Origin: Candidatus Omnitrophota bacterium | Lineage (GTDB): Bacteria; Omnitrophota; Omnitrophia; Omnitrophales; Aquincolibacteriaceae | Length of the DNA: 64,000 nt | Assembly: GCA_043821445.1 (NCBI GenBank) | Contig: JBDRCT010000017.1 | Location: 5,679-69,678 of the forward strand | Reading direction: 5' to 3' | Shown here: piece by piece, positions 36,808 to 48,044 of the stretch | Layout of the letters: each line of letters begins with the position of its first letter | How positions within the stretch are numbered: the first letter of the stretch is position 1 | Made by a program: the position numbers and the translations under genes | Notes under the pieces: model-generated | What the model was told of the DNA's origin: nothing | The model's input: only the letters and a program-made list of their open reading frames with translations | The model's database searches: none

Positions 36808-38628
36808 TTATTCCACCTTCAAAATGCTGATAAAAGCCTCTTGAGGAAGATCGACCTTCCCGATCTTTTTCATGCGTTTCTTCCCTTCCTTTTGTTTTTC
36901 CCAGAGTTTGCGCTTACGCGTGATGTCGCCACCGTAACATTTGGCCGTCACGTTCTTTTTGATAGCGGAAATCGAATCGCGGGCGATCACCTTCGCCCCG
37001 ATCGCCGCCTGAATCACAACTTCGAACATCTGCCGGGGGATCACTTCCTTGAGCTTCTCTACGAGCGCCTTGCCGCGCGGATAAGCTTTTTCCTTCCAAG
37101 TGATGATCGCAAGCGCATCCACCGGTTCTCCGTTGATGAGAATATCCATCTTGACAAGGTCCGAAGGTTTATGGCCGATGAATTCGTAGTTGAGCGACCC
37201 ATAGCCGGCCGTAAATGACTTGATCTTATCATAAAAATCCATGACGACTTCTGAGAATGGAATCTCATAGGTCAGCACCGCGCGCGTCGCGTCGAGATAT
37301 TCTGTACTTTTATAAGTCCCGCGGCGGTCCTGACAAAGCTGCATGATCACCCCAAGCGCGGTGGAAGGGATCATCACATGCGCACGGATATACGGTTCCT
37401 CGATGATCTCGATCTGCTGCACCGGCGGCAAATTCGTGGGATTCTCGATCTCAAGGATCTCCCCCTTGGTCGTGAGCACCTTGTAGACGACATTCGGGGC
37501 CGTGATAATGAGCTGGAGATTAAATTCGCGTTCGAGCCGCTCCTTGATGATATCCATGTGCAAGAGCCCGAGAAATCCGCAGCGATATCCGTGCCCGAGC
37601 GATGCCGATGACTCCGGCTCATAAACAAAGGAGGAGTCATTGAGCCTGAGTTTCGCAAGCGCGTCCCTGAGCATCGCGAAATCATTGGCTTGGATCGGAT
37701 AGAGACCGCAGAAAACCATGGGCTTCACGTCCTGATAACCCGGTAAAGGCTCCGTGGCAGGATTGAGGGCAAGCGTCATCGTGTCCCCGATCTTCACGTC
37801 GGAAATATCCTTGATGTTCGCGTTCACGTAGCCGACCGTCCCGGCCCCGAGTTCTTCGACAGCCTCGGGGTTCGGATTAAAGATCCCGATCTGATCGACC
37901 TCGTGCTGGTTACGGGTCTGCATCATCAGGACCTGATCGTGCGTTCGGAGCTTTCCGTCAAAAATACGGAAGTAAGCCACCACCCCTTGATAGCTGTCAA
38001 ATTTGGAATCAAAAATGAGGGCCCGCAAAGGCTTTTCAGGATCTCCCTGGGGCGGCGGGACCTTGTCGATAATGGCCGCCAAGATCTCCTCAGTGCCCTC
38101 CCCGGTCTTGGCGCTGGAAAAAATGATCTCCTTTTCATCCACGCCTAAAAAATCAACGATCTCTTTTTTGACCCGCTCCGGTTCCGCGGTCGGAAGGTCG
38201 ATCTTCGTCACGATCGGGATGATCTTGAGGTTGCGCTCCATGGCCAGATAAAGGTTCGTCACGGTCTGCGCCTGGATCCCCTGCCCGGCATCCACAAGAA
38301 GCAAAACACCCTCGCAAGCCGCGAGACTTTTGGACACCTCATAAGTGAAGTCGATATGACCCGGGGTATCGATCAGATTAAGCCAATAACTTTTGTAATG
38401 GATACGCACCGCACGGGCTTTGATCGTAATGCCGCGCTCACGCTCCAGTTCCATATCATCCAGGATCTGGTCGCGGAATTCCCGCTTGCTGATGGCGCCC
38501 GTGTGCAAGAGCAAGCGATCCGCAAGTGTGGATTTTCCGTGATCAATATGCGCAATGATGGAGAAATTACGGATTTTGGAGGGATTCACCCCGTTAGAAC
38601 CGTCCTCCTGATGGAAGCCATTTGCCAC
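36808..38628 (-). CDS. lepA: Translation elongation factor 4 (true start may be GTG at 38589)
   Basis: [54 protein letters not shown]. Confidence 0.98.
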   Translation of the reverse strand: MANGFHQEDGSNGVNPSKIRNFSIIAHIDHGKSTLADRLLLHTGAISKREFRDQILDDMELERERGITIKARAVRIHYKSYWLNLIDTPGHIDFTYEVSKSLAACEGVLLLVDAGQGIQAQTVTNLYLAMERNLKIIPIVTKIDLPTAEPERVKKEIVDFLGVDEKEIIFSSAKTGEGTEEILAAIIDKVPPPQGDPEKPLRALIFDSKFDSYQGVVAYFRIFDGKLRTHDQVLMMQTRNQHEVDQIGIFNPNPEAVEELGAGTVGYVNANIKDISDVKIGDTMTLALNPATEPLPGYQDVKPMVFCGLYPIQANDFAMLRDALAKLRLNDSSFVYEPESSASLGHGYRCGFLGLLHMDIIKERLEREFNLQLIITAPNVVYKVLTTKGEILEIENPTNLPPVQQIEIIEEPYIRAHVMIPSTALGVIMQLCQDRRGTYKSTEYLDATRAVLTYEIPFSEVVMDFYDKIKSFTAGYGSLNYEFIGHKPSDLVKMDILINGEPVDALAIITWKEKAYPRGKALVEKLKEVIPRQMFEVVIQAAIGAKVIARDSISAIKKNVTAKCYGGDITRKRKLWEKQKEGKKRMKKIGKVDLPQEAFISILKVE

Positions 38629-38691
38629 TTTAAAAATCCTTTTGTTGAATCAAACGAATTAAACCGCTGTAAAGCCTAGCTTCTAACGGGG
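38589..38691. mobile_element. 103 bp MITE-like element with CCCCGTTAGAA terminal inverted repeats and a 4 bp TGAA target duplication
   Basis: ttca|ccccgttagaa...ttctaacgggg|ttca. Confidence 0.8.
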
Positions 38692-38695
38692 TTCA

Positions 38696-39346
38696 TTAGA
38701 ATTTTTTGAAGATTTCACGGAATTCCAGGATCGCCTTCGTGCGGTCGGCTTTTCCGAAAATAGCGCTTCCCGCAACCAGGATATCGGCACCGGCCTCAAG
38801 CGCCTGAGACGCGTTCCCTGCGTCAATGCCGCCATCCACGGAAATAAGCCCTTGGAACTTCGGTCGCAGCATTTTGATCTTTTCCATCGTCTCCGGCATG
38901 AACGACTGCCCACCGAACCCCGGCTCCACGGACATGACAAGGATCAGGTCCAGGTCCGAAAGATAAGGAAAAAGCACTTCGACGGCGGTCTTTGGCCTAA
39001 GCGAGATCCCGGTCTTAGCTCCTGAGGCCTTGATCATTTGAAGCACGCCGCGGACATCTTTTTCCGCCTCGACATGGACCGTGATCCAGTCCGCACCCGC
39101 CTTGCGGAATTCAGCCAGAGAGCGGGACGGCATGTCGATCATCAAGTGGACATCAAGCGGGAGTTTCGTGACCTTGCGGATCGCACTCACGACAAGCGGC
39201 CCGATCGTGAGATTGGGCACAAAATGCCCGTCCATTACGTCAATATGGAGCGCGTCACAACCGGCTTTTTCGACATCCCGGATCTCCTCAGCCAGCCGAC
39301 TGAAATCCGCGGAAAGCAAACTGGGTGCGATCATGATTTTCTTCAC
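38696..39346 (-). CDS. rpe: Ribulose-phosphate 3-epimerase
   Basis: IAPSLLSADF, HIDVMDGHFVPN, DVHLM, MSVEPGFGGQ, VDGG; GTG start at 39346 follows AAGGAG. Confidence 0.97.
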   Translation of the reverse strand: MKKIMIAPSLLSADFSRLAEEIRDVEKAGCDALHIDVMDGHFVPNLTIGPLVVSAIRKVTKLPLDVHLMIDMPSRSLAEFRKAGADWITVHVEAEKDVRGVLQMIKASGAKTGISLRPKTAVEVLFPYLSDLDLILVMSVEPGFGGQSFMPETMEKIKMLRPKFQGLISVDGGIDAGNASQALEAGADILVAGSAIFGKADRTKAILEFREIFKKF

Positions 39347-39356
39347 TTCGTTCTCC

Positions 39357-40637
39357 TTAGGTCCCTTTGATGACAAGATTTTCCGTGATCTCGCGTTGCA
39401 TCTTCTCGGGCACCGGCCCGATAAGCGAAAGGTTCAAATCCCCGGTCCGAAAGATCCCTTGCGCGACCCGCTGGATATCTTCCGGCGTCGTCGTCTCGAT
39501 CTCCCGGCGGATCTCCGCTTGATCCGGCAACTCTCCGGAGCAAAGAGCCTTTTCACCCGCCCAAAGCAAATGATCCAGCGTGTCTTCCACTCCCAGAGAA
39601 ACCTGACTCATGAAATAGTCCTTGGCCCGGCGAAGTTCGCCCGGCCTTACGAAACTTTCCCGCACTTTCGCAAGCTCCTTCATGATCACTGCCACAGCCC
39701 GCACGGTCTTTTTTGTTTCGACGCCGGCCGATACCGTGAAGGACCCGGTATCCTGATAGCCCGAAATGCCGGATTTGATCTCATACGCGAGACCCCGTTT
39801 TTCACGCACTTCTTCAAAAAGACGGCTCGACATATTCGCTCCGAGCATCACGTGCAGAAGACCCAGCTTGTAACGGTCCGGATGCATCCGCGGAAGGGCG
39901 TGCAGCCCGATCACCAAATGCGTTTGCTCGGTCGCCTTCTCAAAAAAATGCGTGCGCGGCTTCGTCTGCGCGTTTTTCGCCGGAACAAAAGCAGAAGGTT
40001 TCTCCGGCCGGCGCGTTTTGTAAATGTCGGCCACACGCGCCAGGACCTCGTCGTGATCCACATCTCCGGAAACCGAAACCAGGATGTTGCTGTTATGATA
40101 ATGACCCTTCTTGTATTTCAACATGTCGGCACGCGTCATCCGGGAAACTGTTTTCGGAGAACCGGCAAGCGTCCGGCCCAGCGACTGGTCCGGCCACAAA
40201 AGCTCCCCCATCAGATCATGCACGTGATGGGAAGGCACATCGCGGTACATCTTGATCTCTTCAAGGATCACGGTCCTTTCCTTGGCAAGCTCATCCGCCG
40301 GCAGGGTCGAATGCAGCACCATATCGGAAAGAACGTCAAGCGCCCGGGGATAGTATTGCTTCAAAAGTTTCGAAAAATAACAGGTCATTTCTTCGCCGGT
40401 GAATGCGTTCAGTATCCCGCCCACGCCCTCGATCTCTTCCTTGATCTGACGTGTGTTCCGCGTCGGCGTGCCTTTAAACATCATATGTTCCAGAAAATGC
40501 GAGATCCCTGAGATCTTTTTAGGTTCGTACCGACCGCCGACCTTGACCCATACCGCCACGGCCGCAGATTCCCGGTTCGCCATCGGAACGGTCAAAACCC
40601 TCAGACCATTATCCAAAGCCGTCAGCCGGTAAACCAT
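39357..40637 (-). CDS. M16 family zinc peptidase (pitrilysin-like)
   Basis: HFLEHMMFKG inverted zinc motif, SRLFEEVREKRGLAY. Confidence 0.95.
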   Translation of the reverse strand: MVYRLTALDNGLRVLTVPMANRESAAVAVWVKVGGRYEPKKISGISHFLEHMMFKGTPTRNTRQIKEEIEGVGGILNAFTGEEMTCYFSKLLKQYYPRALDVLSDMVLHSTLPADELAKERTVILEEIKMYRDVPSHHVHDLMGELLWPDQSLGRTLAGSPKTVSRMTRADMLKYKKGHYHNSNILVSVSGDVDHDEVLARVADIYKTRRPEKPSAFVPAKNAQTKPRTHFFEKATEQTHLVIGLHALPRMHPDRYKLGLLHVMLGANMSSRLFEEVREKRGLAYEIKSGISGYQDTGSFTVSAGVETKKTVRAVAVIMKELAKVRESFVRPGELRRAKDYFMSQVSLGVEDTLDHLLWAGEKALCSGELPDQAEIRREIETTTPEDIQRVAQGIFRTGDLNLSLIGPVPEKMQREITENLVIKGT

Positions 40638-40646
40638 GATTTTCCT

Positions 40647-41072
40647 TTATGAGTTTGCGATCATACTGTCTAGGTAATTCTGCAATATTCTCTGAGCGGC
40701 CAACTGATCGATCACTTCCTTGCGCTGTTTGCGGCTCACATCCGCACCGATCAGCATCCGTTCGACTTCTTTGGTCGACAATCTTTCGTCCCACATCACC
40801 ATCGGAACCTGAATCCGGGACTGATACCATTCAACTTCCTGGACTCTTTTCTTCGCCGCGATCCCCATCTCGTCCTTGAGTGTCTTGGGAAGACCGACCA
40901 CGACCTTCTCCGCTTTGTGCTCGAGGATCAATTTCTGGATCTGGGCCAGTACCTGCTCCCGCCCTCGGACCTCGATCGTTTTCACCGGAAACGCGATCGT
41001 GGTTCCGGCTGGCACGAACGCGACCCCGATCCTTTTTTCTCCGAGGTCAAGGCCCAGCAGCGTGCCGCTCAT
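40647..41072 (-). CDS. ruvX: RuvX/YqgF pre-16S rRNA nuclease
   Basis: LGLDLGEKRIGVA, VVGLP, DERLST, IDQLAAQRILQ. Confidence 0.95.
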   Translation of the reverse strand: MSGTLLGLDLGEKRIGVAFVPAGTTIAFPVKTIEVRGREQVLAQIQKLILEHKAEKVVVGLPKTLKDEMGIAAKKRVQEVEWYQSRIQVPMVMWDERLSTKEVERMLIGADVSRKQRKEVIDQLAAQRILQNYLDSMIANS

Positions 41073-41860
41073 GCACCATGAACCGCGCGGGACATCTTTT
41101 TAATAAAACGCTCGGCCGAAGAAATCCCTCGCTTCAAATGCTCGATCACCGCACTCCCGACGATCACACCGTCCGACATGCGAGAGATATTCTTTGCCTG
41201 TTCTGGCGTTGAAATACCGAACCCGGCCAGGACCGGCTTCGGGGTCATCCGTTTCAGTTTTACAAGATGCGCTTTAAGATCTTCGGGCAAAGCTTTTCGT
41301 GCGCCGGTCACGCCCCGAAGCGAGACATAATAGATGAACCCTTGGGACTTCCCTACAAGCATTTCTGCCCGTTTATCTTGGGTCGTCGGAGCCACCAGCT
41401 GGACTCTTTGTAATTTTTGTTTCCGGCACAATCTCTGGAACTCCGCTTCTTCTTCCGGCGGCAGGTCGGGGATGATCAAGCCGTCCACCCCTGCGCCTCT
41501 CGCATCCCGGGCAAAATCCTTCCCGCCATACGAAAAGATCGGATTGAAATAGCCGAAGAAAACGATCGGGACCCTGGAACCCTTTTGCCGGAGACGGCGC
41601 ACAAGAGCGAACGCATCTTTGATCTTCACGTTTTTTTTAATGGCCTGCTCGGACGAGTACTGGATCGTCGGCCCGTCCGCAAGAGGATCCGAAAAAGGAA
41701 AGCCCAATTCGACAATGTCCACCCCCGATTTTTCGGAGGAAAGAATGAGCCGTTCCGTCGCGGCGACGCTTGGATATCCCAGCGTCAGAAAAATACAAAA
41801 AAGTTTTCGCTTCTTTTTCCGGGCTTCTCGAATCTTCTGATCTAATCGATCTGGCAACAT
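41069..41860 (-). CDS. trpA: Tryptophan synthase alpha chain
   Basis: ELGFPFSDPLADGPTIQ, GVTG, GFGIS, DGVIVGSA. Confidence 0.97.
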   Translation of the reverse strand: MLPDRLDQKIREARKKKRKLFCIFLTLGYPSVAATERLILSSEKSGVDIVELGFPFSDPLADGPTIQYSSEQAIKKNVKIKDAFALVRRLRQKGSRVPIVFFGYFNPIFSYGGKDFARDARGAGVDGLIIPDLPPEEEAEFQRLCRKQKLQRVQLVAPTTQDKRAEMLVGKSQGFIYYVSLRGVTGARKALPEDLKAHLVKLKRMTPKPVLAGFGISTPEQAKNISRMSDGVIVGSAVIEHLKRGISSAERFIKKMSRAVHGA

Positions 41861-41873
41861 AAATTCTTTCTTA

Positions 41874-41940
41874 GTATCAACGTATCAGAGTATCAGAGTG
41901 TCAAAATCTTGATACTTTGACACATTGACACTATGACACT
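41874..41940. repeat. Inverted octamer tract between trpB and trpA
   Basis: gtatcaac-gtatcaga-gtatcaga-gtgtcaaa followed by tgatactt-tgacacat-tgacacta-tgacact. Confidence 0.8.
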
Positions 41941-41960
41941 TCGCCTTTTATTTTTGTTTT

Positions 41961-43148
41961 TCAAAGATGCTGCTGCACCGTATGGATGTCTTTGTCCCCG
42001 CGGCCGGAAAGACAAATGATCACGATGTCCGAGCTCCGGGTCTTGGGCATCAGCTTGGGTAAATAGCCCAAGGTATGTGCGGGTTCAAGCGCCGGCATGA
42101 TCCCTTCAAGTTTTGTTAAAAGGTCGAAACCCTTGAGCGCGTCAGCGTCCGTCACAGCCCTGTAGGACACCCGCCCCGAATCCTTTAAATACGAGTGTTC
42201 CGGTCCGACAGAAGGATAATCCAGTCCTGCGGAGATCGAGTGGGCAAGCAGCACCTGACCGTTCTTATCCTGAAGTAAATAACTTTTCATGCCGTGAAGG
42301 ACCCCGGGCCTTCCCTTGGTGATGGAGGCCGCGTGATGTGGCGTGGAAACGCCTTCGCCGGCCGCTTCGATCCCAATGATACGGACACCCCGGTCCTGAA
42401 GGAATGGATAAAAGAAACCCATGGAGTTACTGCCTCCGCCGACACAGGCCAAAAGGTAACTCGGAAGACGTCCTGCGGCTTTGGCGATCTGCCGGCGTGT
42501 TTCCGTTCCGATCACTTCCTGAAAATCACGGACCATCTCAGGATAAGGATGCGGCCCGACGACCGAACCCAGAAGATAATGCGTGTCCTCAACGTTCGTG
42601 ACCCAATCACGGATCGCCTCGTTCGTCGCGTCCTTGAGGGTCTTGGATCCCGAATGGACCGGCCGCACCTCCGCGCCAAGCAGTTTCATCTTATAAACAT
42701 TCAAGGCCTGGCGCTTCATATCCACCTCGCCCATATAAACCACGCACTTAAGTCCGAAGACACAGGCCGCCGTCGCGGACGCGACGCCGTGTTGTCCCGC
42801 GCCTGTCTCGGCCACGATGCGCGTCTTCCCGAGCCGTTTGGCCAAAAGCCCCTGGGCAAGCGTGTTATTGATCTTATGAGCGCCGGTATGAAGGAGGTCT
42901 TCGCGCTTGAGAAAGATCCTTCCGCGGTCGAAATGGGCGGCAAGATTTTTTGCTTCATAAAGCGGGGTCGGACGTCCGGCATAGGTTTCGAGATAATACC
43001 GGAGCTCTTTCTGGAAATTTTTATCGTTTTTGATCGCCCGATAGGCCAAGGTCAATTCCTCGCAGGCCTTCACAAGCGTCTCGGGGACATAGCGCCCCCC
43101 ATAAGGGCCGAAATGGCCTTTTGCGTCCGGAAGTTTTTTTGCCCTCAT
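41961..43148 (-). CDS. trpB: Tryptophan synthase beta chain
   Basis: [48 protein letters not shown]. Confidence 0.98.
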   Translation of the reverse strand: MRAKKLPDAKGHFGPYGGRYVPETLVKACEELTLAYRAIKNDKNFQKELRYYLETYAGRPTPLYEAKNLAAHFDRGRIFLKREDLLHTGAHKINNTLAQGLLAKRLGKTRIVAETGAGQHGVASATAACVFGLKCVVYMGEVDMKRQALNVYKMKLLGAEVRPVHSGSKTLKDATNEAIRDWVTNVEDTHYLLGSVVGPHPYPEMVRDFQEVIGTETRRQIAKAAGRLPSYLLACVGGGSNSMGFFYPFLQDRGVRIIGIEAAGEGVSTPHHAASITKGRPGVLHGMKSYLLQDKNGQVLLAHSISAGLDYPSVGPEHSYLKDSGRVSYRAVTDADALKGFDLLTKLEGIMPALEPAHTLGYLPKLMPKTRSSDIVIICLSGRGDKDIHTVQQHL

Positions 43149-43900
43149 ACTTTCACCTCAGCAATGTCCGAATCCTTCACCCAACCGCTCTCCCCGTTCG
43201 TCAAAATCACACGGCTCCAATCCTCACGCCGGTCCATCACGAACACCTTGATACCCTCGCCCATGCGAAACGCAACCTGGTCGTGTTCCGAAGGGCCGTA
43301 ACGGGCTTCACACTCTTTTTGCATCACGATCGCATCGCGGATCACATTGCTCTGCACCTGCTTTCCAAAAGCCACAAGCGCCGCGAGCAGAAGCACGATG
43401 AAAACGAATTGTTGCCATGGATTCCAGAATACTCCGCGCTCGCTCAAAAAATAAAGGATCCCGCCGGCCAGAAAAACAAATAAGACCGCGAGAACCACAA
43501 CATAAACCTCCCGCTCGGTCATGTACTTAAGCACAGCTTCGGTAGCTTTCAAGTACCAGTTGCGCGTATCCTCGACACGGTATTCCAAGAGCCCGCGCGT
43601 GTAGCGCAAATTCTCCCGGATATCCCCATCCCGGGGATCGAGCCGCAGGGCTTTTTCATAGTTCAGGATAGCACGACTCAGCTTTCCAAGCCGCACATAT
43701 GTATTCGCAAGATCATAATAAAAGGCCGCAACTCGGGGCTTCTGCTCGAGCAAAGACTCATAAAGTTCCGCGGCTTTCGCGTAGTCCCCGGTCCGGTAAC
43801 TCGTATTGGCCTCTTGAAAGACCTTCGCTGTCTCGACCCCCTCACACACGGCAGGCGCAAACCATAACGCGATGAGTAAAAGCCACGTGAGCCGTTTCAT
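43145..43900 (-). CDS. BatE-like TPR + SH3 membrane protein
   Basis: Signal peptide, TPRs (YYDLANTY...[13 protein letters not shown]), two TMs, SH3-like GWV end; follows batD. Confidence 0.85.
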   Translation of the reverse strand: MKRLTWLLLIALWFAPAVCEGVETAKVFQEANTSYRTGDYAKAAELYESLLEQKPRVAAFYYDLANTYVRLGKLSRAILNYEKALRLDPRDGDIRENLRYTRGLLEYRVEDTRNWYLKATEAVLKYMTEREVYVVVLAVLFVFLAGGILYFLSERGVFWNPWQQFVFIVLLLAALVAFGKQVQSNVIRDAIVMQKECEARYGPSEHDQVAFRMGEGIKVFVMDRREDWSRVILTNGESGWVKDSDIAEVKV

Positions 43901-45810
43901 TTCCGCATCCTTTCGATCCGGTTCACAGTATCCTGAAAGATCTTGAGCCCGATCTTCTTCGATGCCTGAGGGATCGATCCTTTGCCAAAACGGGATTCAT
44001 CACAAAGATGGTAAAGCTCAAACACGTCCTTCAAGTGCGCGTCCTCCGCTCCGAAATGCGCCGCGAGAGTCTCTTCCAGATCCTGTCGCGTCACGCCATA
44101 AGTTGAAAGATTCCATTTGTCCGCGATGTACTGGACCATGGCTTTTTCAAGCTCCACAAAAAAAGCCGCGGTATCCTCGTCTTTTGAGGAGTGCGCAAGT
44201 TTCTTGAGCCTGTTGATGTTGACAGACGCGGTCCTGCGGGCCGTTTTCCGCCGCCGCAGCGCTTGATCTTTTGAAAATAGCCGGTCCTGGCGATCTTTCA
44301 CCCAAAGCACCAGCAGCAATACGAACAGAAGCAGGTCGCCCCACATAAGGACCGTATAAACCCAATCCACGGCATGAGCCGAAAAAGTCTCAGGAAGTTT
44401 TTCATCAATGTAGCGAATGTCCTTCCCTTCCGATTTGACCCGCTTTTGGAAGATGGCATTCCCCGTAAGTTCCTGCGGCATCTGGAAATTCTGATCCGAA
44501 TGCTCTACTTGGATCGGAAAGTTCGGGGTCTTCAAAGTCACATATTTTTCCTGACGGGGATCGAAATAGCTGAATTCAAGCGGTGGAACAAAAGAATTTC
44601 CCTCCTCCTTGGGAATAAAAACGATCTCAAAACTCTTCGTGCCACCGATCACGTTTTCGGTCTGGAAAAGCTTCGAATTGGTGTCCGAGTCATAGGTTTT
44701 AAAACCCGTAAGCTCCGGGATCTTCGGCCGCGTGATCGTCTCGATATTCCCTTCGCCCTCAATGACCATCTTAAGCATCACAGGCTCATTCTGTTTCACC
44801 TTGTCCTTATCGATCGTGGCTGAGAGACGGAAGGTCCCCACCGCGCCTTGAAAACTCGCCGGTTTTCCGTTTTCAGGCAAAGGCTTCACAACAAGTTGGA
44901 TCGGCGGAGGCGTAAGCAGACGATCCTGTCTCCTGGCAAAAAAGGCGCCTCCCGTAAAAAAACTATCGCTAAAAAACTCATCAAAAGCGCTCGCCCCCTG
45001 CGGTTCCTCGCGGATCGAGACCTTCAGACTCCCGGGTTGGATCGTGTAATTGCCGGGAGCGGTCGGAAAAAGTGCGAGTTTTTTCACATCCGCTTTGATA
45101 TAGCGTTTACCGTTCATGCGAACGGTCTCACGCGGCACATCCCGGCCCATCGGAAATTCCTCGATCCAGAACCCGCTTGTCTCGGGCTCTTTGTCGAATC
45201 CTTCATAGCGCGTGTCATAGCGTGTGAAAAGCGAATAGGTCAAGAGCACTTGCTCATTCTGATAGAGGGTCTTCCGGTCGACCAAAGCCTGGACGAAAAT
45301 GTTGTCGTCCGTGCCGGGAGGCATCACGGGAGCCTGATCCTGAAAGACCGGTTGTGTTACCGGAGACGAAGTGGAAGACGGCGTCACAACGCGCTGCGAC
45401 GGAACCTGCGTCCCAAGCGCCTGGTTCTGGCCTCCTAACACTTGGATCTCAAGCGGCTCCGTTCTGAAAACGCTCTGCCCTGCCCGGACTTCAATGGGAC
45501 TTAGCGTAAAACGTCCGGCCCTCTGGGGAATGAGCGTATAGCTGAATTCAACGTTCGTAGAGGACACACCATTGACGATCGAGATGTGAGAAGCGCGACC
45601 GGTATAGTAGGTTTCAAAGCCGTCGAGTTGCGGGAGTCTAGGAGCCTGAAGGTTCATGCTCTGCCCGGTCACGCGGATACTAAGCCGGACCTCTTCTCCG
45701 ACCTGTACCGAACGCTTGTTCAGGCTGGCGGACACACCGACTTCCTCGGCCTGAAGAAATGGAACAAAAACGCCCCAAAGGATAAGGGCTGTTAAAAGGA
45801 TTTTCCTCAT
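43897..45810 (-). CDS. batD: BatD family protein
   Basis: Signal peptide, repeated beta-sandwich units, FQGAVGTF, FSYFDP...Y.TL, C-terminal TM. Confidence 0.85.
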   Translation of the reverse strand: MRKILLTALILWGVFVPFLQAEEVGVSASLNKRSVQVGEEVRLSIRVTGQSMNLQAPRLPQLDGFETYYTGRASHISIVNGVSSTNVEFSYTLIPQRAGRFTLSPIEVRAGQSVFRTEPLEIQVLGGQNQALGTQVPSQRVVTPSSTSSPVTQPVFQDQAPVMPPGTDDNIFVQALVDRKTLYQNEQVLLTYSLFTRYDTRYEGFDKEPETSGFWIEEFPMGRDVPRETVRMNGKRYIKADVKKLALFPTAPGNYTIQPGSLKVSIREEPQGASAFDEFFSDSFFTGGAFFARRQDRLLTPPPIQLVVKPLPENGKPASFQGAVGTFRLSATIDKDKVKQNEPVMLKMVIEGEGNIETITRPKIPELTGFKTYDSDTNSKLFQTENVIGGTKSFEIVFIPKEEGNSFVPPLEFSYFDPRQEKYVTLKTPNFPIQVEHSDQNFQMPQELTGNAIFQKRVKSEGKDIRYIDEKLPETFSAHAVDWVYTVLMWGDLLLFVLLLVLWVKDRQDRLFSKDQALRRRKTARRTASVNINRLKKLAHSSKDEDTAAFFVELEKAMVQYIADKWNLSTYGVTRQDLEETLAAHFGAEDAHLKDVFELYHLCDESRFGKGSIPQASKKIGLKIFQDTVNRIERMRK

Positions 45811-45843
45811 ATAAGGGTCACTCGGAGGGGTATTGTATAGGAA

Positions 45844-46869
45844 TCACAAAGCAATTTCAAACAACGAGTTAAGCGAAAAACGCTTCGATGAGAGCTCCCG
45901 GAGAAGCCGTTCGAGGTCCTCCGGGGTTTTCACACGCGCATGGAGCTCAAATCCGGGTTCTTCAAACCCCTGGACGGGCTCCAGGCGCAGATCTTTGGCG
46001 TCACGGAGAATATCCGACCGTCGTTCCTCGAAGGCTTCAAGATAAAGCGAATACCCGGGAAAACGCAACCGTTTGACGCGGGCAAAGAACCGGTCCGCTT
46101 TAGTGCGCGGGTCCATATCGCGCGTATTCAACTTTTCAAGGACTTTATGATCTCGGCAAAGTTCCCGGAGGCATTTCCCCGTCCTCTTCATGATGTCCCA
46201 TAGCCATTCTCCGGCCTGAAGCAACTGGGAACTCGTAAGTTTCATTCGAGCTCCGATATTCTTAGCAAAATAATCCTGGTCGTTTTCCGAGAATTTCAAA
46301 AAGGGCAGCACCCCCCGGAGAGATAATTGTCCGTCCTCGACAAGATCCTTGAAAGATGCGGGAAATTGATCGGACCTCCGATAAAATTCCAGCACGGCCT
46401 TGTCGCTTGCAAGTCCGAGGAGAGGCATCACAACCGAGAGGATCTCATTTTCCCTAAAATAAAATTCCCGGAACGCAAGGCCAAGCGCCCTGGCCCGGTC
46501 CATGTCCGAGCATCGTTGCTTCCAGTTGAAAACAAGATTTAAAAGAAAAGCGTCTTTCAGTTCCATTTTCTCCGCGACAAGCACAGGTACTTCCTTCAGC
46601 TTCAAGGCTTTCGCAACATGGAGGCGTTTGTGGCCCGCGATCACGACCGGACGCCCGGCATTCGTCACAATAACCGGCGTCAGAACCCCAAACGCCTTGA
46701 CCGACTCCAGAAGCTCTGCGTCTTCCAACCGGTACCGGTAGCAAAACGGCCCGTCCAGCCCGATCTCCCTCACCGCCTTCACACCCTGGGCCTTTAAAGT
46801 TCCGCACACCCGGGGCGCGAAAGACCGATGTGTCCTTGGGGAGGTTTTTATTTTACCGAAGCGAGCCAT
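45844..46869 (-). CDS. ParB/Srx N-terminal domain protein
   Basis: LLESVKAFGVLTPVIV...VIAGHKRL; start codon uncertain. Confidence 0.75.
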   Translation of the reverse strand: MARFGKIKTSPRTHRSFAPRVCGTLKAQGVKAVREIGLDGPFCYRYRLEDAELLESVKAFGVLTPVIVTNAGRPVVIAGHKRLHVAKALKLKEVPVLVAEKMELKDAFLLNLVFNWKQRCSDMDRARALGLAFREFYFRENEILSVVMPLLGLASDKAVLEFYRRSDQFPASFKDLVEDGQLSLRGVLPFLKFSENDQDYFAKNIGARMKLTSSQLLQAGEWLWDIMKRTGKCLRELCRDHKVLEKLNTRDMDPRTKADRFFARVKRLRFPGYSLYLEAFEERRSDILRDAKDLRLEPVQGFEEPGFELHARVKTPEDLERLLRELSSKRFSLNSLFEIAL

Positions 46870-48044
46870 TCTTTTTCCAATTCTGAAGATGAGATCCCAA
46901 GCACTTCCTCGATCGCCTGCTCGGCGGGTTGTCCCTCTTTGAACTTCTCAAGGATCTCTTTCATGCGGTACATCTGAAAACGTTCAACCATATAACTGAC
47001 AAGCGCAAAAACCTCCTGATAAAAGAGCGCAACCTCCAGAGGATCCATCTTGTCTATTTTTAAATTCTCGGAAAGCAACCGGTTCATCGGCATAAGAGAG
47101 TTCGTCCGGATAGCCGCCTTGAAGACAGTCGTGTTCACCGGCTGGATCTTATTCTGTTCATATTGGGCCAGACCTTCATGGATCCAGGCGGGAGCACGCC
47201 CGCCGCTTAAAGACGCTACAAACGCATGGGTCATCTCATGAACCGCAGACGCATGCAAGTCCAGCTCCTTGAAGCCCTGGCGAAAAGCCGGAAGACGTAT
47301 TTTCCCGTCATAGAGCCCACCGACCCACATGGACTGACCGGTCACGTCGTGGAATTCCTTCCCGGAATAAAAAAGCACGGTGGTCTTATGATTAAAATAA
47401 GTGCCGAAATCCTGCGAGATCTGACGGTAAGCGTCCCGTAAAAGATTTTTCAGCCAATAGCCCTCGTAGCCTTGCTCGCCTTTCCGGTATTTGATGATAA
47501 AGTGCTCTTCGTCGTCGGTATCAAGATTTTTTTCGATCAAATTCTCTTTTTGGATTTTTTCGATCTTCTGGCGCAAGCGCGTCGAGGGGCTCACGAGATA
47601 ACTTTGCTTGTAATAATGTTCGGCCTTTTCGAAATCCTGCTGTAAATTCTCGATCTCACCCAAGAGTTCCAGGGCCAAAGCGTTCCGGGGTTCCAGCGAA
47701 AGCGACTCGCTAAGCGCCTGGCGGGCCAATTCGAATTCATTTTTCTCAAAGAACTTGACGGCGTCATTATAAAGTTTGATCGCCATGGGCGTCATCGGCG
47801 CGTTCCCGCCCTTCCCGGCATAGAATCGATCGATCTCGATCTTCTGCCGGCGCTCTACGGTTTCTTTGCCGCGATCGTCATCGTTGATCGCGGCATAAGT
47901 GCCGGTGGCAGCAAGGAAGCTCCCCATCAGCACAAAGCACAACACACAAGGTATAATATAAAATTTTCGCCTTAATTCTTTGTTTTCCCGCATTGGCATC
48001 CTTATTTTCAGACTATCGTCTACGGTCTGTGGCCTGTCGTCCAT
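46848..48044 (-). CDS. TPR + MA-clan metallopeptidase-like protein (true start probably downstream of 48044)
   Basis: Signal/TM, TPRs, GLYDGKIR, HEMTH...PAWIHEGLAQY. Confidence 0.85.
   Translation of the reverse strand: MDDRPQTVDDSLKIRMPMRENKELRRKFYIIPCVLCFVLMGSFLAATGTYAAINDDDRGKETVERRQKIEIDRFYAGKGGNAPMTPMAIKLYNDAVKFFEKNEFELARQALSESLSLEPRNALALELLGEIENLQQDFEKAEHYYKQSYLVSPSTRLRQKIEKIQKENLIEKNLDTDDEEHFIIKYRKGEQGYEGYWLKNLLRDAYRQISQDFGTYFNHKTTVLFYSGKEFHDVTGQSMWVGGLYDGKIRLPAFRQGFKELDLHASAVHEMTHAFVASLSGGRAPAWIHEGLAQYEQNKIQPVNTTVFKAAIRTNSLMPMNRLLSENLKIDKMDPLEVALFYQEVFALVSYMVERFQMYRMKEILEKFKEGQPAEQAIEEVLGISSSELEKEWLASVK

Noticed and set aside
39081-40511. 476 aa plus-strand ORF (likewise those at 42294 and 55880)
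   Set aside because: Antisense to well-supported genes (M16 peptidase/rpe, trpB, gcvPA).
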